Shown piece after piece: positions 1 through 9,689 of a stretch of DNA of 64,000 bases. How positions within the stretch are numbered: position 1 is the stretch's first letter; every line of letters starts with the position of its first letter. Both the position numbers and the translations under genes were made by a program. The stretch is from an uncultured Chlamydiae bacterium (GTDB taxonomy: Bacteria > Chlamydiota > Chlamydiia > Chlamydiales > SM23-39), in the NCBI GenBank assembly GCA_963730605.1, contig CAVSSM010000002.1, positions 32,001-96,000 on the forward strand. The letters are read 5' to 3'. Below the pieces are notes generated by a model. It was not told the origin of the DNA and searched no databases. It saw only the letters and a list, made by a program, of their open reading frames with translations.

Positions 1-1090
1 CTGTCCGGATCGCCTGGATGGTCGCAACCGCTTCCAGCCCTCCGGTCGCTCCCAGGCAATGTCCGATCATCGACTTAGTGGAATTGATTTTGATCTCTTT
101 TGTGTGGGATCCAAACACTTTGTGGATCGCTGCAATTTCACAGAGGTCTCCGGCAGGGGTCGCCGTGGCATGGGCATTGATGTAGTTCACCGATTCTTTT
201 TTCGTGCCTGCGGCTTTGAGAGCCTCTTCCATGCATTGCGCTACGCCGCCGCCGTCTTCCCGGGGGTCGGTCATATGATAGGCATCGCAATTGACGGCCC
301 CGCCAAGATATTCGGCATAGACCGGCGCGCCGCGCTGCAGCGCGTGTTCGAGAGTTTCGAGCAGGAGAATTCCGGCTCCTTCACCCATCACGAAGCCGTC
401 GCGGCCGCGATCCCACGGCCTTGAAGCTTTGGCAGGTTCTTCGTTCCGCGTCGAAAGGGCTTTGATCGCGACAAACCCAGCGAGTCCAATCGGCGTGATG
501 GGAGCTTCCGCCCCGCCGCACACTATGAGATCGGCTTTTCCTTGAAGGATCTGCTCGGCCGCCGCATGGATGCAGTAGTTAGATGTGGCGCAAGCGGTTG
601 AAATGGAAAAATTCGGGCCCGTAAACCCTACGTCGATCGCAAGGAGGGCGCCACCCATATTGGTGATGATGTAGGGCACGAAAAAGGGGGTCAGCCTCCG
701 GTAGCTCTTCGTTAAAAGCGTCTCGACGCCGTCATGAAAGACGGACATGCCGCCCATTCCTGACCCGATGATGATTCCGCAGCGGGATTTGTCGAGCTTC
801 GCGAGGCTCTCGGGGCCAAGATTCCCATGTTCCAATGCCTTTTTCCCAGCAACCATCGCATACCGGATGAAGGGGTCGACGCGGCGGGCCTGCTTTTTCT
901 CCATGTATTCGCCAGGATCGAAATTGCGGATCGCGCCCGCTATCCGCGTCGGCCAATCAGAGCAAGGAAATTCTTCGATCGGGACAATCGCGCTGACCCC
1001 GGCGAGCAGCTGCCGGTAAAAGTGGTCTACATCGGATCCGAATGCGGATACGATGCCCATCCCCGTAACTACGATCCGCTTTTTAACCAT
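1..1090 (-). CDS. fabF: 3-oxoacyl-ACP synthase II, partial (3' end runs off the window)
   Basis: Minus-strand reading from ATG at 1090: MVKKRIVVTGMGIVSAFG; contains GPNFSISTACATSNYCI (catalytic Cys), RDGFVMGEGAG and KSMIGHCLGA. Not in the ORF track because it is open at the window edge. Confidence 0.95.
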   Translation of the reverse strand, partial: MVKKRIVVTGMGIVSAFGSDVDHFYRQLLAGVSAIVPIEEFPCSDWPTRIAGAIRNFDPGEYMEKKQARRVDPFIRYAMVAGKKALEHGNLGPESLAKLDKSRCGIIIGSGMGGMSVFHDGVETLLTKSYRRLTPFFVPYIITNMGGALLAIDVGFTGPNFSISTACATSNYCIHAAAEQILQGKADLIVCGGAEAPITPIGLAGFVAIKALSTRNEEPAKASRPWDRGRDGFVMGEGAGILLLETLEHALQRGAPVYAEYLGGAVNCDAYHMTDPREDGGGVAQCMEEALKAAGTKKESVNYINAHATATPAGDLCEIAAIHKVFGSHTKEIKINSTKSMIGHCLGATGGLEAVATIQAIRT

Positions 1091-1190
1091 GCCCCTGCAG
1101 CCTCAAAATTTATTTTTGTTTGGCCATAGCATACCAGAAACGAGGTCTCTCAGGCAATCCAGAATTTTTCTAGTTAAAATTTCTTTTGAA

Positions 1191-1219
1191 TTGACAGGAA
1201 AGTGCTGCGAGAATAAAAT
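1191..1219 (+). promoter_or_regulatory. Sigma70/sigma66-type promoter
   Basis: TTGACA (1191-1196), 17-bp spacer, TAAAAT (1214-1219), upstream of the ORF at 1247. Confidence 0.65.
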
Positions 1220-1246
1220 GATTCTGCCTAAACAAAGAGTGAATGT

Positions 1247-1927
1247 ATGGTTTCAAGATTGTCTTATATAAATACTGACGCCGTTCTCGAAAACGCAGGC
1301 GCCTTTGCAAAGAACATCCTCACTCCCCAAACAAGCTCGTCCCCGGTTCGTCGCCATGAACATTATCATTGGGGATCTTCAGGCTGGGGTTTTTTCCCAC
1401 AGCCCGTATATCAGCCCGTCTATTACGGAGACAGCGTTTCTCTTTCCAGGAAGAAAGATTATACTTGGGTAGCGATTCCTGCGGCAGTCATCGCGGCCGT
1501 CACGATGTATTGCATTGGCCAGAACCACGCTGAATGGTCCCAGGCAAAAGCTGGGATGGCAAAGCTTCAGCAGTCCTATCGAGTCGTCCAATCAGAACTC
1601 TCCCAGGCTCACCCTGCCTTGAAAAGCACAGTCAAATCGGTATTCGAGAAGCAGATGGGCATCCTCGATCGAGTCCGCAGCGGCGCTGCGACCGGCCTCT
1701 TCCTCAAAGCCATCCTCGTCACTGCAGTGATTCTAGCAGGAATTGGGGGGATTGTAGCTCTTCCGCCTCTCCTTGTTTTCGGCTCTTTGAGCGCATTTGC
1801 GATCGGCTGCGCGATGCTCTACCGCGCCGGCTTCAGCTCGAAAGATCAAGCTCTCCGAATGGAAGCCCAAGAATTGCTCACTTCGGTCAATCAAGCATCC
1901 AGGGTGATGAACGAAATCACCGGTTAG
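1247..1927 (+). CDS. Hypothetical membrane protein, Inc-like
   Basis: 226 aa. One hydrophobic segment (WVAIPAAVIAAVTMYCIG) and a long bilobed hydrophobic stretch (LFLKAILVTAVILAGIGGIVALPPLLVFGSLSAFAIGCAML) flanked by helical regions. Confidence 0.7.
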   Translation: MVSRLSYINTDAVLENAGAFAKNILTPQTSSSPVRRHEHYHWGSSGWGFFPQPVYQPVYYGDSVSLSRKKDYTWVAIPAAVIAAVTMYCIGQNHAEWSQAKAGMAKLQQSYRVVQSELSQAHPALKSTVKSVFEKQMGILDRVRSGAATGLFLKAILVTAVILAGIGGIVALPPLLVFGSLSAFAIGCAMLYRAGFSSKDQALRMEAQELLTSVNQASRVMNEITG

Positions 1928-1952
1928 TACCGTTGTGATGAGGCCGGCTTCG

Positions 1953-2034
1953 CCTGGCTCAAATTCAGGGCGCTGCTTCGCATAAAAAAGATCCATTCAA
2001 GAACCTTTTTTATGATTTCGCAGTGGCATTTTTC
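1953..2034. repeat. Intergenic repeat module shared with the MITE at 4116-4461
   Basis: cctggctcaaattcagggcgctgc...cattcaagaaccttttttatgatttcgcagtg closely matches 4360-4442; internal hairpin aaaaaagatcc-attcaa-gaacctttttt. Confidence 0.8.
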
Positions 2035-2086
2035 ACTCTTTTTGAACGGTCGCAGTATAGCAGCAATTCCCTCTCTTCATGAGCAA

Positions 2087-3970
2087 TCAGACGATGTTTT
2101 CGTAAGCTTTCTTTTTGGTGGCCACTTCAAGCTCATTACGAGAGTGAGTAGGAACACTGGCAAAATAATAGCGGCCGAGCCCTAGTATTGCTCCGAGTAT
2201 TGCTCCGGCCGCAGCTGCGCCGGCGGTTTGCGCTGAGGCGAGACCTTTTCTCCAAGCACTCCAGCATTCGAGATCGTAATCTCTGAGCGTGTCAGCCAGT
2301 GTCGCCGTATGCGATATCACTTGGAGTGCTTGTTCAACCGAAGGATCTCTATAAACCCCTCTAGCTGTATGCCGTACGTAGAGAATGCGTACAAGCGAAG
2401 CGAGCAGAAGGCCTGACACCATTGAGCCTGACACCATTGAGACTGCTAAGGAGATTCCCGGATTTTCCTCTACAAACTCATTGCTTGTACTAACTATCCA
2501 ATCCTCTCTCTGAGATGCATCAATGATTTGCTTGGAAATTTTTGACTCATCTAGAGTTATCGTTCCATTCTGGGCTAAAGTTTCATTCCCTTGCAAACCT
2601 ACAACGTCTTGAAAGTCCTCTCTTGTAAGTGGCATGATCGAATCTCGCATCGCATTCATTGCTAAAGGTCCGCAATGATTAATCCGTATCTGGTGTGCAA
2701 CATATGCCTTAGCTAAAGGTCGAATTTTCAATTCGTGCACTGTACTTGGAATCTGATTAAGACATTTACCCATCAAGTCCCATGCTTGATTCGAAAGAGA
2801 GTCTGTTCTAGCGTTTTTTAATTTTTCAGAAACGTCTTTAAAAATGGAATTAAGGTCTATCTGGGATGAATCGAAAGCGAGACGCTCTATGATAGTTGCG
2901 CCTAACTTTGACACGTCTTCTTTCGTCGCATCTTCTGACAAAGGAAATAGAGGAGATGGACTAACATCTGGCTTAGCTGATTGTTTTATAGGCTCAGGAG
3001 TCTGATCTGGGGTTTTCGTTGGGTCGGGATTAGCCGTCGATGTTGAGGTCGTAAAACCGGTCTTTGCAGACGGCGCTTGGCCTTTTGCGATTGGGTCTTC
3101 TGAGAGAGAGCAGATGCTGCTCTGGTCATAAACTACGCTACCATTCTTCCAGCAGAAATCATATTGTTTTATAGGCTCAGGAGTCTGATCTGGGGTTTTC
3201 GTTGGGTCGGGATTAGCCGTCGATGTTGAGGTCGTAAAACCGGTCTTTGCAGACGGCGCTTGGCCTTTTGCGATTGGGTCTTCTGAGAGAGAGCAGATGC
3301 TGCTCTGGTCATAAACTACGCTACCATTCTTCCAGCAGAAATCATCTTGGCTGAACAGTTGCTGAAGTGGCGTTTTAGATGGCTGTGGCTGTGGCTGTGG
3401 TTGTGGCTGTGGTTGTGGCTGTGGTTGTGGCTGTGGTTGTGGCTGTGGTTGTGGCTGTGGCTGTGGTTGTGGCTGTGGTTGTGGCTGTGGCTGTGGTTGT
3501 GGTTGTGGTTGTGGTTGTGGCTGTGGTGGCTGTGGTGGCGTTTTAGGTGGCTGTGGTTGCGGGCCGCCAGACGACCCGGTAAAGATATAGCCATAGTTGT
3601 AAGCAAGAATCAAGGCTCCTGCTGCGACTCCACCGACAATGAGGGCTTTATAAAAAATCGGTGTTACCCATAAAGGGACGCTATTCGCTTTTGAAGAAAG
3701 GGCTTTGATTTTAGCGGTCAACCCCTCCACATCTTTTTTATGAGCCTGCTGTGCATCCTGAAGTTTGCGAGGAAGTTCTGCTTTGCTGTCTTTTTTCAAC
3801 GCTTCCGTGAGGGTAGCGAGCTTTGCAGCAGTCTGATTCAAGTCGACTTTTTCGCCCCGTTCCGCCTTAGCGATGTCGTCTTGGATACGAGTAGCTTGCT
3901 CCGCCCTTGCTGCATAGCTGTCTAGAGATAAAGAAAATTTTGTATCTGCTCTTTGCGTCGATGATAGCAT
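2087..3970 (-). CDS. Hypothetical membrane protein with (PQ)n stalk and duplicated 61-aa block; Inc/effector-like
   Basis: 627 aa. N-terminal coiled coil, TM segment (FYKALIVGGVAAGALILAYNYGYIF), long PQ tract, two DFCWKNGSVVYDQSSICSLSEDP... blocks, two C-terminal hydrophobic segments. AAGGAG-type RBS upstream. Confidence 0.85.
   Translation of the reverse strand: MLSSTQRADTKFSLSLDSYAARAEQATRIQDDIAKAERGEKVDLNQTAAKLATLTEALKKDSKAELPRKLQDAQQAHKKDVEGLTAKIKALSSKANSVPLWVTPIFYKALIVGGVAAGALILAYNYGYIFTGSSGGPQPQPPKTPPQPPQPQPQPQPQPQPQPQPQPQPQPQPQPQPQPQPQPQPQPQPQPQPQPQPSKTPLQQLFSQDDFCWKNGSVVYDQSSICSLSEDPIAKGQAPSAKTGFTTSTSTANPDPTKTPDQTPEPIKQYDFCWKNGSVVYDQSSICSLSEDPIAKGQAPSAKTGFTTSTSTANPDPTKTPDQTPEPIKQSAKPDVSPSPLFPLSEDATKEDVSKLGATIIERLAFDSSQIDLNSIFKDVSEKLKNARTDSLSNQAWDLMGKCLNQIPSTVHELKIRPLAKAYVAHQIRINHCGPLAMNAMRDSIMPLTREDFQDVVGLQGNETLAQNGTITLDESKISKQIIDASQREDWIVSTSNEFVEENPGISLAVSMVSGSMVSGLLLASLVRILYVRHTARGVYRDPSVEQALQVISHTATLADTLRDYDLECWSAWRKGLASAQTAGAAAAGAILGAILGLGRYYFASVPTHSRNELEVATKKKAYENIV
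2981..3345. repeat. 183-bp tandem duplication (61 aa)
   Basis: ttgttttataggctcaggag... starts at 2981 and again at 3164. Confidence 0.9.
3380..3560. repeat. Hexamer microsatellite (tggctg/tggttg)n encoding poly-PQ
   Basis: Directly visible array inside the 2087-3970 gene. Confidence 0.95.
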
Positions 3971-4115
3971 GACTTTTTCTCCTTAAAAAGTGCAAATATT
4001 GTACCAAGTAAATGGATAAAATAGCAATAAAAAAAAAGAAAAACTTAACGAAGCCCTAAAAACCTTTGCAATAGGAAACCTTTGCGATAGGCCATCTTTA
4101 TTAAATTTTTAGGTG

Positions 4116-4461
4116 TATACCGCTCGTGATTGAAAAATCGGTTCTGGCAACGCCCCACCCCAAAACCGATGCGGTTTTGAGGTCCCCGGGTACGGCGTCG
4201 GGCAGCCACTGAATTTGTGTCCCGCCTGCTTCCCTTGCAAAAGAGCGAACCCCCGCCCTTTTGCAAGTGTCCGCAGCACTAAACTTGTTAAGTTTAGCTG
4301 CAACGCCCCACCCCAAAGACGATGCGTCTTCGGGAACCCCGGACCCGGCGCCGGCAAGGCCTGGCTCAAATTCTGGGCGCTGCTACGCGCAAAAAAGGTT
4401 CATTCAAGAACCTTTTTTGTGATTTCGCAGTGCCATATTTTCTTCAGGTTACTTGAGTATA
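4116..4461. mobile_element. IS630-related MITE containing two copies of the 37-bp hairpin
   Basis: Left end tataccgctcgtgattgaaaa matches the IS630 left end at 22528 (tataccgctcgtgattcaaaa). Right end (revcomp tatactcaagtaacc) resembles the IS630 right end (revcomp tatacccaaggaaat). No credible ORF. Confidence 0.75.
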
Positions 4462-4479
4462 CAACAAGACCGTCGGTTA

Positions 4480-4857
4480 CTAGGAATTGCTGAGAGAGGT
4501 CTTTGTATTGATTTCGAGCTCGACGAGCTTGCTCTCTGGCCACAGCCGCTCCAGAGAGTATTTTTCCCTCATCCCGGGGGTAAAGAGATGAATCATGACC
4601 TGACCGTAGTCGAGGACAACCCAATCCCCCGTTTGCAAACCCTCTGTGTGAAGGGGCTTTTCTCCAAATTCTTTCATCTCTTCGACAATCCACTGCGCCA
4701 TCGACGCGACATGCCGGTCGACGTTGCCTTCTGCGATCAACAGATAGTCTGTGATGGTCGAAAGCCATTGAACATCAAGAGCCAGAATATTAAATCCTCT
4801 TTTATCATAGATCATTTGGGCAATGGAATTGAGCATAGCGATAGGCTTCCTCTTCAT
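4480..4857 (-). CDS. rsfS: Ribosome silencing factor (Iojap/YbeB)
   Basis: DKRGFNILALDV...ITDYLLIAEGNVDRHV...WVVLDYGQVMIHLF...REKYSLERLW. Confidence 0.95.
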   Translation of the reverse strand: MKRKPIAMLNSIAQMIYDKRGFNILALDVQWLSTITDYLLIAEGNVDRHVASMAQWIVEEMKEFGEKPLHTEGLQTGDWVVLDYGQVMIHLFTPGMREKYSLERLWPESKLVELEINTKTSLSNS

Positions 4858-4896
4858 GAATTGGAAAATACGAATTCAGGGATTTTATGGAAAATA

Positions 4897-5487
4897 TTAA
4901 CTTTTGTATAAACCATTGACCCGTATGTAATCGAGAACTTTCTCAGGGACGAGATGGCCGCAATAGAGTCCTTTTTTTAGCCGCGCGCGGATCTCGGTGC
5001 TCGAGATGTCGAAGATTTTCGTCTGGGTGAAGCCGGAGCGCAAGGTTTCGGCAAGGCTCGAGCGCAAAGCAGGCGAAGAGCGTGTTCCGATGAGAGGCGG
5101 GGCAAGGCGGATCAAATCCCGGAAGTCTTTCCACTGGTCAAAATGAGCAGCCGCTTCTTCCGAAAGAAGAAGGCGGAACTTCACCTCCCCTCTCCCTTCC
5201 CCTTGGATCATCCGCAACGTATCGATCGTAAAAGAAGGGTCATTGCGGTCCACCTCGTAAGAGGTCAGGCGGCAACGTGGAATGCCCTCCAATACGATCC
5301 GGACCATTTCCAGTCGGTGCTGAGGGCTTGCATGAGGCGGCGAGGCGCTCTTGAGGGGAGAACAATAGGCAGGGCAAAATAAAACCTCGTCTAAGTGGTG
5401 GATTTCTAACAACTGGACGGCCAAATTGAGATGTCCGAAGTGAATCGGATCAAAAGTGCCGCCGTAAAAGCCGATCGTTTTTTTCAT
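4897..5487 (-). CDS. nadD: Nicotinate-nucleotide adenylyltransferase
   Basis: IGFYGGTFDPIHFGH and ISSTEIR motifs. Start placed at ATG 5487 because the ORF-track extension lies in a MITE. Confidence 0.95.
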   Translation of the reverse strand: MKKTIGFYGGTFDPIHFGHLNLAVQLLEIHHLDEVLFCPAYCSPLKSASPPHASPQHRLEMVRIVLEGIPRCRLTSYEVDRNDPSFTIDTLRMIQGEGRGEVKFRLLLSEEAAAHFDQWKDFRDLIRLAPPLIGTRSSPALRSSLAETLRSGFTQTKIFDISSTEIRARLKKGLYCGHLVPEKVLDYIRVNGLYKS

Positions 5488-5491
5488 TTCA

Positions 5492-5685
5492 ATACACAAA
5501 TGACTTCAAAAGTTGAGAATATGCCGAGGCTGCGGACACTTGAATGGGCCGTTGCAGCTCAACTTGAAAAAGTTGAGCGCCGGGGTCCCCGAAGACGCAG
5601 CGTCTTTGGGGTGGGGTGGAGGCGGACTCAAAGGCAGTGGCTGCCCGACGAAGGCAGAAATCAACTTTTGAAGTTGTTTGTGTAT
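5492..5685. mobile_element. MITE with ~25-bp terminal inverted repeats, carrying a 37-bp hairpin insert
   Basis: atacacaaatgacttcaaaagttga ... tcaacttttgaagttgtttgtgtat; homologous to 44697-44869. Confidence 0.85.
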
Positions 5686-5686
5686 A

Positions 5687-7849
5687 TTACACTATGAATA
5701 GCATTTCTCGGTATTTAGGAAGAGGCCAGAGCGCGTTGTCTACGATGGTTTCCAGGTGATCGACAGCGGCCCGGGCAGATTCCATCTTCGGCCCTAAAAT
5801 TTCACAGTACGTTTTGCCTTTCGCTTCCCAACCGAAATCTGCCGTCTGATCTTGCACTTTCTCGATCTCGTCCACTGCTAGGATGGCTGATTCTACGCTT
5901 TCCGCGAAAGATTTGATCGATTGAAGAAGGTGCGGAGCTGGGGGGATGCCGAGATCTGCAAGGTTTTTCACCGCCTGCGTCCGCCTTTTTTGATCGCGCA
6001 AGGCCGATGGCAAGATCTGCGTGCGGAAAAGCTCGACCATGAGGTTGGCCTCGATCTGCATCGTCTTCGCGTAGCGCTCGATGAGAACCTCGTAGCGGCT
6101 GTGAAGTTCTTCTTCGGATAGGATCCCCGCGAACACCCTCTGGGTCCTCTTATCGATGATTTGAGCAAACGAATGAAAGCTTTTGCGGATATTGGGAAGC
6201 CCTCTTTGCTGAGCTTCTTTTTCCCAGTCGGAAGCATATCCGTTTCCGCTGAAAAATACTGCCTTGGAAGCGCGTAGGTGCTTGCGAAGGCAGGGAAGCG
6301 CCTCTACAAGCAGCTCTTCTTCAGAGAGTTTGCGGTCTTTGACTCGGTCATCGATCTCATCTAAAATGAGATGGAGGCTATCGGCAACGATGGCGTTGAT
6401 CACCGCGATCGGGAAGGCGCAGTGCGCCGATGCTCCGACGGCCCGGAATTCGAACTTGTTTCCGGTGAACGCAAAAAAGGAGGTGCGGTTTCTGTCGGAT
6501 GCATCTGCTTCATGGAGCGGGACATGCGACAGCCCCAAATCGATTTGCCGGACAATGTCTTTCGGCATCGGCTTCTCCTCGATCAGGCTGTCTATGAGTT
6601 TTTCCAGTTTCTCACCCAAATAGACGGAGAGGACCGTGGGCGGGGCTTCCGATCCTCCGAGCCGGTGGTCGTTGCCGGCAGATCCGATGCTAGCGCGCAT
6701 GAGGCCGGCATGATCATGAACTGCGCGAAGGATGGCGGTCAAAAGAGCCAGGAAGAGCAAATTATTTTCTCTTGGATCCAATAGGTTGAGGCCCGTATCG
6801 GTGGCAAGCGACCAGTTGTTGTGTTTGCCGGAGCCGTTCAACCCAGCGAAGGGCTTTTCATGCAGGAGGCAAGCAAGGTCGTGTTCCAGGGCGATTTGAC
6901 GCATGAGCTCCATCAACAAGAGATTGTGGTCGATAGCGGCAGCCGCGGGCTCAAAAAGAGGCGCGACTTCATGTTGGGCCGGAGCCACTTCATTGTGACG
7001 CGTCTTAATCGGTATCCCTAAGCGGACGGCTTCTTCCTCAAACTCCCGCATAAAGGCCATGACCCGATCTTTCACAGACCCGAAATAATGGTCTTCCAAT
7101 TCTTGCCCTTTCGGCGACTTGGCGCCATAGACCGTTCGCCCAGCCAAAAGTAAATCGGGTCTCATCAGATAGAGGGAGCGGTCAATGACAAAATATTCTT
7201 GCTCTGCGCCGAGCGTCGAAAAGACGCGGCTTGCAGGGATTTCGCAAAGTTTAAGCAGACGTTGGACGCTAGCGTTGATTTTCTCATCGGAGCGAAGGAG
7301 AGGGATTTTATGGTCTAACGCGAGGCCCGTCCAAGAGAAGAAGAGGGACGGAATGCAAAGAGTGATGCCATCGCCTCCTTTCCAAAGGAAGGGAGAGGAA
7401 GCCGGATCCCAGACGGTATATCCCCGAGCCTGATGCGTCGGGCGAAGACCGCCGGAGGGGAAGGAAGAGGCGTCAGGCTCTCCGCGCAAAAGATCCTTGC
7501 CCCGGAAACTTTCGATCACCGCCTCTTTTCCGCTCCAGCTTAAGAAAGAGTCGTGTTTTTCAGCCCCAGCTCCCGTCAGAGGCTGAAACCAGTGGGTGAA
7601 GTGCGTAGCGCCTTCTTTGACCGCCCAATCTTTCAGCGCGGCTGCAATGATATCCGCATGGGCTGGGTCGAGCTTTTCTTTCCCCTCGCTGACCTGCGCA
7701 AGATGTTGGAAAACCTTTTTCGGAAGAGCCTGCTCCATGAGCCGGTGTGAGAAGACCTTTGACCCGAATTGCATGGAATGAGCGGGTTGCTCTTCCAGCT
7801 TGCGAGTTCTTTTGCCAATCGTCCCTACAGTCTCAAGCCTCACGCTCAT
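5687..7849 (-). CDS. glnA: Glutamine synthetase type III
   Basis: 720 aa; GATHFTHWFQPLTG, EPDASSFPSGGLR, HEKPFAGLNGSGKHNNWS, DRNRTSFFAFTGNKFEFRAVG. Confidence 0.95.
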   Translation of the reverse strand: MSVRLETVGTIGKRTRKLEEQPAHSMQFGSKVFSHRLMEQALPKKVFQHLAQVSEGKEKLDPAHADIIAAALKDWAVKEGATHFTHWFQPLTGAGAEKHDSFLSWSGKEAVIESFRGKDLLRGEPDASSFPSGGLRPTHQARGYTVWDPASSPFLWKGGDGITLCIPSLFFSWTGLALDHKIPLLRSDEKINASVQRLLKLCEIPASRVFSTLGAEQEYFVIDRSLYLMRPDLLLAGRTVYGAKSPKGQELEDHYFGSVKDRVMAFMREFEEEAVRLGIPIKTRHNEVAPAQHEVAPLFEPAAAAIDHNLLLMELMRQIALEHDLACLLHEKPFAGLNGSGKHNNWSLATDTGLNLLDPRENNLLFLALLTAILRAVHDHAGLMRASIGSAGNDHRLGGSEAPPTVLSVYLGEKLEKLIDSLIEEKPMPKDIVRQIDLGLSHVPLHEADASDRNRTSFFAFTGNKFEFRAVGASAHCAFPIAVINAIVADSLHLILDEIDDRVKDRKLSEEELLVEALPCLRKHLRASKAVFFSGNGYASDWEKEAQQRGLPNIRKSFHSFAQIIDKRTQRVFAGILSEEELHSRYEVLIERYAKTMQIEANLMVELFRTQILPSALRDQKRRTQAVKNLADLGIPPAPHLLQSIKSFAESVESAILAVDEIEKVQDQTADFGWEAKGKTYCEILGPKMESARAAVDHLETIVDNALWPLPKYREMLFIV

Positions 7850-7933
7850 AGATTCCTCCCAATTTTGGATCGGGTAGAGTTTGACACAAAAAAATAGGAT
7901 TTGTCAATCTCGACTTTGCAACTTTTTAGACGC

Positions 7934-9304
7934 TTACATTTCCCAGACGATTCTGCAGCCCGGCGCCAGAGTCTGCAGCCCCGCCAGAGTCTGCAGCCCG
8001 GCGTTGGCGATCTGATCGCACCATGCCAAGTTGAGCCTTGTGAGATTTGTTAATTTTGCCAGGTGCTGCAGCCCGGCGTTGGTGATCCGATAGCAGAATG
8101 CCAAGTTGAGGCTTGTGAGATTTGTTAAATTTGCCAGGTGCTGCAGCCCATTGTCGGTGATCAGATAGCAGGATGCCAAGTTGAGGCTGGTGAAATTTGC
8201 CAAAGAAATTGCTAGGAGCTGCAGCCCGGCGTCGGTGATACCGCACCCTGCCAGGTTGAGGCTGGTGAGATTTGCCAAAGTCGCCAGAGATGCAAGACCG
8301 ACATCGGTAATCCGAAGGCATCCTTTTAGATCGAGGCTGGTGAGCTTTGCCAAAGTTGCCAAAGACGCAAGCCCGGCGTCGGTGATCCGTTCGCACCCTG
8401 CCAGGTTGAGGCTGGTGAGCTTTGCCAAAGTTGCCAAAGACGCAAGCCCGGCGTCGGTGATCCGTTCGCACCCTGCCAGGTTGAGGCTGGTGAGATTTGC
8501 CCAAGTCGCCAGAGATGCAAGACCGACATCGGTAATATCGCACCCTGCCAGGCTGAGGCTGGTGAGATTTGCCAAAGTCGCCAGAGGCGGCAGCCCAGCA
8601 TCGGTGATCCGACGGCACCCTTCCAGATCGAGGCTGGTGAGATTCTCCAAATTTGCCAAAAACGCAAGCCCGGCGTTAGAGATCTCATAGCATCCTGCCA
8701 GGCTAAGGCTTGTGAGATTTTTTAAATTTGCCAGGTACTGCAGCCCGGTGTCGCTGAGATTGCCGTTTCGTGCATTAATTTCAATAATGTTAGGAAAATG
8801 CAAAATAATATTTTGCAGCTCTGAATTAGTAATGTCACTGTTTGATAAATCAAGTTTTAACGGTATTAACTTTATTGAAAGATTTAGATTGAATGCTCTG
8901 AAAAAATTTGGATCGACTGCTCTGAGTTCTCTAATCTCTTTCAAGGTAATCGGATATCTGCCTGTCACTTTGTCTTCGAAACGACGAATGGCGGCCATAA
9001 AAGGGTTTTTAGCCAGGTTTTGCTTCTGTTCTGTCGAAGCGAGGGCTGCATTGTCTCTCCGGTTTAAAAATTTCTGGATGTTTACCAATACTTCGTCGGG
9101 CATTGAAGAAAGAGAGGGAGGAGGGGGGCGCCTGAGTAAGCGCAAGCAGCGGCTTACGAAATCCGGCATCCACGCGAGTGTCTGGCCCATTACAGTAAGT
9201 CCCAAAACTGATACAGGATCTGAAACTCTTAGATACTTAGCGGCCACCCCCGTTATCCCTATACCAACCCCAATTTTTACAGCCGCATTAATCTTCACAA
9301 GCAC
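7934..9304 (-). CDS. F-box / leucine-rich-repeat protein, copy A
   Basis: F-box-like LSSMPDEVLVNIQKFLNRRDNAALAST followed by 24/25-aa cysteine-containing LRRs (LTSLNLAGCERITDAGLASLATLAK); hydrophobic N-terminus. Confidence 0.85.
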   Translation of the reverse strand: MLVKINAAVKIGVGIGITGVAAKYLRVSDPVSVLGLTVMGQTLAWMPDFVSRCLRLLRRPPPPSLSSMPDEVLVNIQKFLNRRDNAALASTEQKQNLAKNPFMAAIRRFEDKVTGRYPITLKEIRELRAVDPNFFRAFNLNLSIKLIPLKLDLSNSDITNSELQNIILHFPNIIEINARNGNLSDTGLQYLANLKNLTSLSLAGCYEISNAGLAFLANLENLTSLDLEGCRRITDAGLPPLATLANLTSLSLAGCDITDVGLASLATWANLTSLNLAGCERITDAGLASLATLAKLTSLNLAGCERITDAGLASLATLAKLTSLDLKGCLRITDVGLASLATLANLTSLNLAGCGITDAGLQLLAISLANFTSLNLASCYLITDNGLQHLANLTNLTSLNLAFCYRITNAGLQHLAKLTNLTRLNLAWCDQIANAGLQTLAGLQTLAPGCRIVWEM

Positions 9305-9621
9305 CTTCTTGAATGAATTATTTTAAAAATTAATGAAATTATAACAGATGAAAAAATACAATACAATAAGTATTTACAAGTGCTTTGTACTGGACAAAAA
9401 ATAAATTCATAGCGTGCAACCACATTAAATGTCATAAAAACCATCTACATGTAATTAGCATGATTATAAAATAACTATTATTTTTCGTAAAGCGTTATAG
9501 TTACATAACAGCAGAAAAATAGGGGACATTACTCCAAAAGGACTAAATCGAGATTAAAATTTCGAAAAAGAAGGCTGCTGATGCAGCCGCCAGCAGGCAT
9601 TATAGGGATAATAAGCATCTA

Positions 9622-9689
9622 AGCGGGTTGCTCTTCCAGCTTGCGAGTTCTTTTGCCAATCGTCCCTACAGTCTCAAACCCACGCTCAT
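9622..9689 (-). pseudogene. glnA: Duplicated 5' fragment of glnA
   Basis: Near-identical to 7781-7849 with a 1-bp deletion; marks the tandem duplication junction. Confidence 0.85.

Noticed and set aside
3316..3673. Poly-WL and poly-HN/HS ORFs
   Set aside because: Alternative frames of the PQ microsatellite.
4045..4493. Several short ORFs (also 5431-5697, 18858-19088, 21071-21652, 44456-44791)
   Set aside because: They lie largely within MITE sequence and lack coding signals.
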